Positions 53,426 through 64,000 of a stretch of 64,000 bases of DNA are shown here, piece after piece. Numbering within the stretch: the stretch's first letter is position 1; each line of letters opens with the position of its first letter. Both the position numbers and the translations under genes were made by a program. The notes below the pieces were generated by a model. It ran no database searches. It was not told the DNA's origin and worked only from the letters and a program-made list of their open reading frames with translations. Source of the stretch: Antedon mediterranea (Eukaryota > Animalia > Echinodermata); assembly GCF_964355755.1 (NCBI RefSeq), contig NC_092671.1, positions 18,600,001-18,664,000 of the forward strand, read 5' to 3'.

Positions 53426-55033
53426 ATGCCGCTTTCTCCATTCAAGATAATATATAATATACTGTTGGTATTTTATTGTTCGCCTAATTTTGTATTGTAT
53501 TGTAGCAGCATCTACATCACAGAGGGACCAACAGACAAACGTGTGGGGATTGGGTCAAATGTGGTATTGAAATGCCTTGTTAGTGATATAAATGGTGAAC
53601 ATGTTAGATGGATGTTCACACGAGATAAAACAACTGAAACTATAAGTCAGGATCGAGCTTTATGGGCGACTCTGTCTGCAGAAAAGAAACTGCGATTTTC
53701 GATCGATGCGAGCGTTCAAAATCAGTTTAATTTGGAAATTGAACGAGTTTTATATTCTGACAGAGGTACGTATGAATGTGTGTTTATGCGTTATGATAAA
53801 CAATGGATTGGACAATCTTTTAAACCTTCCGCTGTAGCTAACTTGACGGTACTCAAAGAGCCGTCTCGTGATTCTCCTGTATGTACTATTATTAAGGATG
53901 GTATCGCTCTTTCTATAACTGGACAAACTCCTACACTGCAAGGCGATGGCCATGTTCAGTTCCAATGCTCTTCTCATTCACATGGCTACACCACTCCAAA
54001 TATAACATTGCTGTTATCAGGGGTAGCATATAATGGAACTAATAATGAAACATCTGTATATGATTTAAAAACAATAACAAGTAATGCTGTTTCGCCAGAA
54101 CAAGGAATGACTGTGAGATGTATTCTTGAAAGTGAGGCTCTTCAAGAAATGAGAACATGTCAATTGATGCCTGAAGTCCAACCAGTTATCAATATACAAC
54201 CAAACAATGTAACTATGAACGTTGGTCATGAAGTAAAATTTAATTGTATTGCATCCGGTTTTAGCAGTGAAATACATAAATATAATTGGAAAACATCTCC
54301 AGAATTATCTGGTAGTGATACCAACCAAGTAAACTCATCTTCCCTCTATATAACATTACCAGATAAACCATGTAATTGTTTTTATCATGTAAGTTGTGAA
54401 GTTCAGCATTTAAATGAAACGTATACTGCTTCCACAGTAATCCATGTTAATAATAAACCTATGAAGACAAGTGAAGTCAATACCAACCAATCAAATAACA
54501 ATTTAGCCGTCTTATCATTACTATTTTTAATATTAATATTAGTGATATCATTCTTTATTTGGAAAAGACACAAGAAACAAAAACTAAATCGGTTCAAAGG
54601 TGCTTTACGTTATACAATTGAACCGAGTACAAATTCGAGTACAAATGTGCCTATACGGTCTAGCAGTGGTAATAATTCGCCTGGTGACGAGTTTGAAAAA
54701 CCTGTTACTCGAAGCAGTTCCATTAAAGAAAGCCTATATGCAAAGGTTCGGAAGTTGAGGAAATCTCAGGATTTTAGCATTCGTCCTGTCAATAGTAGTA
54801 ACACCAATGACGACAGAGTTCAAGAAACAGTAAACGCAATTATTGAGAATCATAGATTGTCATCTGAAATTGATCCCCGATCGTCGTTTATTGATGAAAA
54901 TCTAACAAGTATAGATGAAGATTCTCTCCCTAAAAACAATGGTGTCCATGAAGCCGTGACTGAAGATCTTTCTAATGAAGTGTCCACTGCGCATATCTAC
55001 GAGAATGTAGTAATCAAGTTAGAAGAAAATTAA
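53426..55033 (+). CDS. Type I membrane Ig-superfamily receptor (V-set plus two Ig-like domains, TM, cytoplasmic ITIM)
   Basis: 535-aa single-exon ORF: hydrophobic leader, VVLKC..VRW..FNLEI..DRGTYEC, two further Cys-paired domains, TM LAVLSLLFLILILVISFFIW followed by KRHKK, then SLYAKV and HIYENV. Confidence 0.85.
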   Translation: MPLSPFKIIYNILLVFYCSPNFVLYCSSIYITEGPTDKRVGIGSNVVLKCLVSDINGEHVRWMFTRDKTTETISQDRALWATLSAEKKLRFSIDASVQNQFNLEIERVLYSDRGTYECVFMRYDKQWIGQSFKPSAVANLTVLKEPSRDSPVCTIIKDGIALSITGQTPTLQGDGHVQFQCSSHSHGYTTPNITLLLSGVAYNGTNNETSVYDLKTITSNAVSPEQGMTVRCILESEALQEMRTCQLMPEVQPVINIQPNNVTMNVGHEVKFNCIASGFSSEIHKYNWKTSPELSGSDTNQVNSSSLYITLPDKPCNCFYHVSCEVQHLNETYTASTVIHVNNKPMKTSEVNTNQSNNNLAVLSLLFLILILVISFFIWKRHKKQKLNRFKGALRYTIEPSTNSSTNVPIRSSSGNNSPGDEFEKPVTRSSSIKESLYAKVRKLRKSQDFSIRPVNSSNTNDDRVQETVNAIIENHRLSSEIDPRSSFIDENLTSIDEDSLPKNNGVHEAVTEDLSNEVSTAHIYENVVIKLEEN

Positions 55034-57379
55034 TATTAAAGTTAGAAAGCATACTAAAGCAAGCCGACTATTAATTATCAATAATAAAAACATTATTAAT
55101 TAATTATGTTTCCTTGAAAATGGTTGAAAATTGTTTTGCAAATGACAGGTCAGTTTTCTTCTCGTTACGTTTGTCATCGTGTTGTGCAAAGTATTGCTTT
55201 CGTGTGTGTGTCTGACTCGTGTATGGCCTAACATTAATAATGAAAGCAAAATAAAAAATTTTAAACTGGATATTAGTACTGCCTTCATTTAATCTTTTGT
55301 CCCGACTGGAAAAATAACTTCTTGTTTGAAAACACCTGGTTGATAATCAACCACGAAATAGCCCTCCGAAAATACTGTAGGTCGGTATTCGTATTTATTG
55401 AAGCTGTAACTGCAGTAGAGCTATATGCCAATTATAGCCCAATATTCCACGGGTTTTTTAAATCATGAATTGGAAACAAAAAAGTCAGATCATATGCCAC
55501 ACGCATAGCTTTCAAACACGATCGGCTATATAAATAAAATTAACAGTTTATAATATCGACAATCAATCATTTGTATGTATAATCTTGGATAGGACTAGTT
55601 AAATAAATAATGTAAATTTAATATATTAACAATATCATTAAACATTAGATTATAATTCTTGGAGGTTTTGGATATTCAAGTATTAGTTTTGAATATTGCA
55701 TGTATAAACTATTATTTTCACATGTAGGATACCATAGTTTAGAATTATACCATTGATTGATGATGATTCCATGAATTTTCAGCAGAATTGTTTGTTCTTG
55801 TGCAGGATACATTTTGAAACCTCTATAAAAACAGTTCCTTCTTTCGAATCTAGTCAGAAATGAATTGTAACCTTTTTGTAGATTTTGTTATATTCATCAA
55901 AAGTTGAATAAAGTTTGGAAATTCCGTATAAAGTAAGCGATAAATGGTAGCTGATAGCTATGATTTAGGAGGATTGTAGCATGTGTAGAATAATTTCATG
56001 AATAAAAAGCTATAGCTAAATCTTTGACAATAGAGGGCGAGAAACATAATTACTAGGGAAGAATCCGTCGCAGCAGATAGGGGATTTGAAAGAGGAACGT
56101 GTGTGATGCGTATAAGCTGACGTTTTCGATTCGCATTAACAAATTCGCCTTGAGGAAAAACGGCTTTAGATATTTTGTTCGATTCTGAAATATTAAAAAA
56201 AAAGCTTTTGTAAGTGCGGCCATTAAGGGTGGCCGCTTATGAGAGGTTAACTGTAAAACAAATGTGAAAGAAAGGGAAAATGCGTAACAATCTTAATAAA
56301 ATAAAAATAAAGTAGCTTAGAATCTGTAAACACATAGATAAGTATTTTGTCTAAGTATGATAAAGTGTTACATACACTAGATGCTTATGATTTTACATTC
56401 AATTATTAGGCCTAATATATTTTTTTTAAAGGTATTTTTCTTAAATCTATCCTTTTAATCCGCATTCACCGTAACCTGGTTTTCGTTTCTTTACTTATTA
56501 CAACCTATAATATTATTTATATACTGTACATTTTTATTCGTTAATTTTTTTAAATTTCAGATAAAAATATATTCAGTATATTTATAGGTATAAGGGTGTG
56601 AGAAAACATGCAATTAAATACATATAAAAACAAATATAAATTAATATTCTTTAATTGAATTTATCTATGCTAAAAATGCAATTATAATAATATAATTATT
56701 ATAAAAAAAGAAAATAATATATATGATTATCTCTTTTATTTAATATATTTATATGCCTTTTAAATAGGAATCTATCTACAAAAATAATAGCTATATACGA
56801 ACAATGTTATTATTTTGACAGAAACTTTCTTTCAATATTTATTTACTGGTTTAAAAAAGCATCTTATGTTAGGTTAATAAACACCTGAGTATTCCTTTTC
56901 TTTCACGTATTATTTGTTTCCATGGAAACTGTAAACATTTTTTTGTTGTCAATTGTGATTTTGTTTTAAATAAAGATCTAATCTGATCAGAATTATTTTT
57001 TATCTGATATTTATACTTGGTTATAAAAAAAGATATCTTTAATGATCGGGAATAAAACGCAATCGATTTAATGAATCTTAAATGTTCTTAGTAAACAATC
57101 TTTTGGAAAGAGGAAACCTGTGAGTAAATGGACGCAAAATGTATAATTCGTATTTGATTGTCCTAATGACACGTATAACGTTGTTGCGCGGAATAGAGTT
57201 TGTGTACACAACCAAAACCTCAGTATACAACAAGCGCTAGTTCCGACAACACGGTAAAGAGAAATCATCTCCTTACTTAGTTTTTCTGTGCTTAGTATCT
57301 TCCTAAAATATTGATAAATATTGATTTATGTTATTAGTAGTATTATATTTACTATATATTTATCATAAAATTACGAATT

Positions 57380-60300
57380 ATGCCTATCTTATTTTGTGGT
57401 GTAACAATACGATTGCCTAAGTGTCTACGAAGAAATAATAAAGGTAAGAATAAGATGATTTCAAATCGAAAAAGAGACAATAGACTTTGTAGATTCCAAG
57501 TGAAGTAATAACATGAATACATTAAGCTTAGACATAAAGTTATAAAGTAACATTTCTAATATTAAAGTGAAAATAATTCAAATTATTAATATTTTGTAGT
57601 TTTTTAGAACAAAAATAAGTAAATAAAAGATAGTAGGCCTACCCTATCTTGGCTTAAGCCTAGGCCTAGTTATACATTTTTATCCGATTTTATAACAAGT
57701 TTATATTATAAATAAAATTGTTTATTTAATTTAATAGGCCTAATTGATTATTTAGGAATGAAATATAATATTAAGAAAGCTATTTTTATAATGATTTCAA
57801 TGATTTATTTAGAATTATTATAACTAGGAAAAGATTGTTTTGATATGTAACTATAGAGATTTAAATCCCCCTAGTTACGTACGCGTATAATGTGTATATA
57901 TTGTGCGCGCTTGCGCAGTTAACATGGACGATGATGATCATCTTGGTTCGTCGTCGTTCGTGATTTGTCGACATAGCGCCCTCAATTACTTGTCTCCAGT
58001 TGCGCCCCTCTCTCTGACGTCACTCAAAGTTACAATGCAATGATGCATGTCGGTGGTGGTGTTGGTTTTTCTTACGAGAAGACAGTTCTGATTGGCGGAA
58101 TAGTCCGGTACACATAACTTGCAGCCAATGATGATCGACGTAAATATTTATACGTACGTACGTACGGACGGCGAATAGGCCTATTTAAAATTATTACATA
58201 ATCAATGTAATTTGTATATTTATAGTTTTGCCGTTGCCAAAGAAAGATGGTGAATATGAATCAGTACAACAGGTATTGGCTGCTCGAGCAACTGAAGAAA
58301 AACGAAAACTGGATGTGAGTTTATACGCACATAATGTATTTATTTTTAGACCACTCATAAATAGAGGACTAGTCCTAGTCCAAGAAAGAGCATAGGCCTA
58401 TCTCTATTAACTATTATTATATTATAATATAATAATATTAGGTTATAGGGTCTAGAATAATAGTATTCAAATGCTAGGCTATATTTTACCTTAGTGATAA
58501 TTAAAGAGACAGGAAGTTAAAACTTGTAAGGGTTGCCTCTTCTCTTACTTAGACTAGTGTTTGTTATGTGTCTGTCAAAGTTAAATCTTTAATTTAACTT
58601 TATTTATTCATTCATTCCATTTCTTCTTACAGGAGATGTTTGGAGTTCCTCACGGTAGCATTGACACTTTTGCTCGTCTCACCACTGCATCACGTAAATT
58701 ATATTTATTTTATATATTATACTATACTATACTAATACCCTACTAAACTACTAGCTAGTTAAGTCTACGATAATATGTTTTGTTTGTATTGGACAAAAAT
58801 ATACTGATTAATAACTAGGATATTTAAAGACAAAAAACTGTAACAAAACGAATTATTTCAACACACAGTATATATTCTATTTTTATCTTTATCACAGTAC
58901 CTAACTGTACAGCAACCAAGGACATGTCAGCAAAACCAAAACGTCGTGGTAGCAGAGAAAAGGGTGCCATCATTATCTCTCCAATCAACTCATCGACTCA
59001 TACAGCAATTAAACCAGCCGAACATATTCCAGCAGGTTGGTAGAATCATGGTAGAATGTTTATGCGGAATTTATAAAATGTGCCTAATGTTTAAAAGTTA
59101 TCTACTGTGACTATGGCGAAGGGAACACAGCGTGGATGAGGATTCAACTGTCCAATGCAAACATATCTGATGTTTTCTAATTATTAAGGGAACAGTCTTT
59201 AATTTGTAACATTTTTTTTTTGTTTCAGGTGGATATGAATCTGTCCAGCAAGTATTGGCTGCACGAGCTGCTGAAGAACATAAACAAAAACTGGATGTAA
59301 GTTTATTTTAGTTAGCTTTACCTTATTAATTATCACTTTAATAATGCCAAACAGGTTTTAAAAAGTATAGTATTTATTTAAAGGTACTTTCTGTATTTTC
59401 CATTTTAAGAATAATTAATTTATCATTTTAAATGCATCTTTTACAGAAAATGTTTGGCGTTGCACATGATAACATTGACTCTTTCGCTGATCTCACCTCT
59501 GCATCAGGTAATTTTTATTGCCTAGTATTGGACCCCTAGTATGCATTTTGTGATGGCTTACAATAAACTAACTAAAAAAGTTAATTTAGGATCGTGGATG
59601 CAGTAATTATAAACATCTAATTACCAATCCTTGGCTAAGTTAATAATAAATTATTTGATGTTAATTATTACAGTACCTAACTGCACAAAAACCAACAAAA
59701 ATCACACGTTTGCAAAACCAAAACGTCTTGGTAGTTGTGAGAACGTAGACACTGTCAGAGAAAATGGTGCCATCATCATCACTCCAGACAACTCAGCACT
59801 TGACACAACAGATAAACCAGCCAATGATGATGTCATGCCACAATGCAATGCAATTGCAGCAGATCTAATCTTTCAAGTAGATGCCCTTACCCCAATAATA
59901 GCAATGGAAGAGGATACCAGAGTTGCAACACTCACTGAAACAACATCAGATGTTGACATCCTCACTCCAGAATGCAATGACGTTGATGCAGATGCATTGG
60001 AATTAGAGATAGAAAAAATGGCATCAATTCATGTAGAGAACACACTAGCCAACATTCTAGCAACACCTAATGAGGAAGTAAACATCTTTCTTGGTCTGTA
60101 TGGTAAGGCACATTTTTTAACCTTTTAAACTAGAAATTACCCTGAAAGTAATCAATGAGCATGCACGCCTAGTCAAACAACAACACATTGAACTAGTATA
60201 GTTCAAAATGATTCATTCATTGAATGCATATGCATAAAAAGGCTGTAGTAATTACCATATATTTTAATACCAATTGTAATTTCAGGAAATGAACAGCTGA

Positions 60301-60428
60301 AAAATGTAGAACCGGTAGAAGAAGTACCAGTGGAAGGAGAAAGAGAAGTAAATGAGGCAGACAAAGTAGAAGATGTAGAAAGAGAAGTAGAGGAAGCAGT
60401 AGTAGAATATGTAGAGAACGTAATCTAA
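57380..60428 (+). CDS. Uncharacterised ~350-aa protein with a duplicated three-exon module and acidic tail
   Basis: Phase-consistent GT-AG exons 57380-57443, 58226-58314, 58633-58693, 58898-59035, 59229-59296, 59447-59507, 59674-60102, 60286-60428 give one open frame; repeat YESVQQVLAARA..KLD.MFGV.H..ID.FA. Confidence 0.7.
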
Positions 60429-61028
60429 AAGGCAGTAGTAGCTCTGAAGTTCTAGAAAAAGAAACAAAAGAAGAGGCAGTGGCAGAAGCTGAATAATCCC
60501 ATTCATAAACTGGATAGATACGACACAATCACAGAAGAAAAACACCTCAAAACATTAGTTATGGAATCATGTTTAAAATGCAGTCTACCTCATTATTGAT
60601 TTTTTAACGGATATTAATTTTCTGGATGCATTTTAACTTGGATATAATAAAACAAGCTTATATTTTTAATATCGATCAGTTTAATTTCATTGTTTGTTTT
60701 TATAGGTTATCTTAATTTAATATCTGAATAATAATAATGACAATAATACTATAAGATAAATGGCCAACTGAGTATAAAGCAAACATAGGAGGATGAAGGT
60801 ATGGGAAGTGGAGGTTACAGGAACGCATACTTAATTGTGTATTTTAATTTTAGATAACACATCAGTAATACAAAACCATTTCTTGCAAAATAAGTTTCTA
60901 AAATAGTATAATTGTCATTTCCGGAGTGATTGCACCACGCTAAGTCCTATGTACGTCCACAATTATGTTTAAGCCCACAAATGGCCTGATAAACGACTCA
61001 CACATAAGCTTAAAAAGTAAAAAGTAAA

Positions 61029-61153
61029 GCTCTGTCTGCACTATTAAACTTTATGTGATGTGCTCACAAATGGACATGATGATGTCATATCAGTACCGTA
61101 TTTGGGCATATCACATCACACTTTTTGAAACTAGTTTGATAGTGTAGACAGAG
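61029..61153. mobile_element. Short MITE
   Basis: TIR CTCTGTCTGCACTATTAAACT / AGTTTGATAGTGTAGACAGAG; relative at ~48994-49112. Confidence 0.55.
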
Positions 61154-62538
61154 TATAAAAGAAGATGCTCATTCTATTTATCGGGTTACCTTTTCCATCT
61201 TAACATTCACCACTTCAAATTATGCGTTTGTATGGTGTTAGAGAAATAATTTTGATTCTAAAAATAATCGCATGAATTACTACCGAGGGCCAGACATATT
61301 GCCGTTGCTTTTGCTTTGCTTTCGATGACACCAGCTCAGATGTTGTCTTCAACTTCAAAGAAACTTATAATGTGAATGATTATACATTGTTTTGGAAACA
61401 CGAATATCGGTATCTTACCAGGGGTGACTGGTTGTTTCAATCTGCCAGCAAATACTATGTTTCCACTTAAGTTCATCTTACCGTTTAGCGATCTCAAACG
61501 TACAACTTTCTGATGCAGGATTATACGAGTGCCTGTTATGGTTATAATACTGTAGAAACAATGCATACTCTTTCCAGTAAAATCTGGTCACTACTAAACT
61601 AACACTCCTCCCAGCCACCATCTGCAATTTTTCCTCTGTGTTTTTTTTTTTTAAGCAATCGTAAGCGATTTTTAAAGCGGATTTAATCTAATCAGATCTA
61701 AGAATAATGTGGTGATTTAATTATTTATCATTACATAAAGTTGAACATCATCATCATCATTAACTACTTTTGCATCAAATTTTGTTTTATTTTATTACTA
61801 AAATATATTCATTTCATAATGGGTTTCATTATATTCATATCTCAACATATTCATTTCTCCACATATTCATTTCTTAACCCATTTATTCGCATATTAACTT
61901 CCAGGGAAATGTGAAACTAGAGAGTAATTTCATCGGCATATAAGTGGCAGGTGATACTGATCTTTTTGTCTTGTTTGGTGAGAAATAATGCTGTTTCACT
62001 ATTAATTTTTATGGAAATTAATTTATAAACAACCTTTTTAACTATTTTCCATAGACTATTAATGTTTAGGCCATATTCAATAAAAGAAAAGGTGTTCTTA
62101 TTTATTCCCATAAGGTACAGTGTATTGCTCTTTTACAATACATAGTAAATGTTCCAATTAAAACATTACCAATAGCATACTTTCGTTTCAGTTTTTCCAA
62201 TTGAAAGTAAATTTATCCTCATGTTGTAGGTAAAGAATTATTTAATTGTGCATGTAGGCGTGTGGCATAGAAACCTGTCTCCATCCTATTGGCGGAGATA
62301 GAAAAAATATTATGAGGAAATAATTGCCGGTAACCATTTGCAGGCGAGGTAAGATCCATACAGAAGTACATGACTGATGAACCCGGTAATGCGTGGTAAA
62401 AGATTAGCTATAAGATAGTTAGGTAACTAACAACAGGAAATAGTTTCACGGAGGCTTCACATAACACTCTCAGCCAAGCCTTTGGAGCACGGTAAATATG
62501 TTTGAATTATGGACTATGGAATTTATCAAGCTATTTAA

Positions 62539-64000
62539 ATTAGCTGTATATTCTTATATAATAATAATAACGTTAAGATGTACTGTAAACAGTCAGACAC
62601 TCATTTCTGGCCCATCAGACGTTCGAGCCGCAGTTGGTACAGATGTAATCTTTAAGTGCTCCGCAGCTAATATCGAGTCACCGTCCGCTCTAATCTGGAG
62701 AGATTTAAATGACATTGGTTATATTATTAGCTTTGGTGAAAATACATTCAGTTCTCAAATTTACTCAATAGTTGTTTCTGATGGTGGTTTATCATATGAT
62801 TTGAAGATCACAGACGTACAGATCAATAATGCTGGAGAATATGAGTGCATATATGGGTATCGTAATGAAAACAATAGGTATTCAATCACACGTTGGACAA
62901 CACCTGCTACGGCTACATTAACAGTACTTCAACCACCATCTCCAACTTCTCCTCGGTGTTTGCTATCTCGCAATGAGGCCTTGATTTCAGCTGAGGCACC
63001 ATTATACGTAGGAGAATCCATCAGATTACAGTGTATTTCAGAGGGTCATGGAAGTACATATCCAGCACTCGACATCACGGTATCTAATATCAGTGTTGCT
63101 GCGAGTATTATACTTAACAAATATAACTACAGGGAAGCAGAATCTGAAGACATAATGGTCGAAAATTATGATACCGAATTGAAATGTTATCTTAGTAGCG
63201 AAGCTTTGGAAGAAACAAGAACCTGTACAATAACGCTTAATGTACTTCTTCCTGAAGTGGAAATATATCCAAGTATGCAATCTGTGCAAGAGTCAACTGA
63301 CGTATATTTCCAATGTTGTGCAAGTAACTTTAAGACAACTAATCTGCATTATGAATGGCAGATATCCCCATATGTTCCTGGAGACATCTTTAATTCTAAA
63401 GATTCAATTTTAAACATTACTGACATTTCTCTCAATAACACTTTACTCGAAAAACAAATCTTTAATATCACGTGTTTAGTAACAGAAGATGGTAGGATTT
63501 GGAATGCTGCTACCACTTTGTCCATAACGCGGATTGAGCTACCATCAACTAACCACAACAGTAATAACATTGATGGACATACTAAAACTAATACCACCAG
63601 CGAATCTGAAAATTCAATAGTTGGAGTACTTATAGGAACGGTCGTCGTTGCTATATTTGTCGTATTATTAATTGTTGTATTTGTTTTTAATCGCCAAAAA
63701 TTAAACAGCATAATATTCAGAAATAAAACTATAAACATATCAGTTGATAACACACAATTATATTCGGATGTCCAAAACATGAATACAATTACAACCAATG
63801 CAGATAAAGGGAGAGACTCGTGTGATAATACTGTTTACTATTCATCAGTGCCTAATGATGCCGACAATTACGATAATGTTTGCAACATTAATGAAAATGA
63901 TGAAGCTCTGTATGAGAACAGACCTTTCACACGAGACGTCACAGAACTTAACGTAGAGGGCCTCAACTATGCTGTGTTGGATCTTCAAGAATCGCCATGT
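62539..64000 (+). CDS. Second Ig-superfamily ITIM receptor, paralog of 53426-55033; runs off the window, 5' start unresolved
   Basis: Manually translated open frame 62539 to beyond 64000, absent from the ORF track because no stop falls in the window: leader, VIFKC..LIW..YDLKI..NAGEYEC, CYLSSEALEETRTC, TM IVGVLIGTVVVAIFVVLLIVVFVF, QLYSDV, VYYSSV, LNYAVL. Confidence 0.8.

Noticed and set aside
60217-63798. Minus-strand Leu/Phe-rich ORFs (60217-60545, 63038-63798)
   Set aside because: Antisense shadows of the plus-strand acidic exon and of the second Ig receptor.

Overview
AT-rich metazoan genomic DNA with spliceosomal genes; abundant TAGGCCTA/TACAGTA motifs suggest an echinoderm-like invertebrate (inference only). 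Bases 1-16614 appear to be most of a large CACTA/EnSpm (CMC) DNA transposon. It has subterminal repeat arrays, a CCCAG-type terminus, an intact DDE transposase ORF and a 7-exon DUF4806-type second gene disabled by a stop and a frameshift. After a decayed kinase and a Penelope GIY-YIG relic come the host genes. These are DNAJA1-like (+, perfect heat-shock element), TSPAN13/31-like (-, U12 intron, two duplicated terminal exons), GATAD1 (+, head-to-head with the tetraspanin), two single-exon Ig-domain ITIM receptors, and an 8-exon orphan gene with a duplicated three-exon module. Mobile elements include a Sola2 element with ~510-bp TIRs, a tandem Helentron/HINE dimer, a hAT MITE, tRNA SINEs, a chimeric 5S rRNA+tRNA SINE and two minimal hammerhead ribozymes. 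All exon models and translations outside the ORF track were derived by eye and are unverified.
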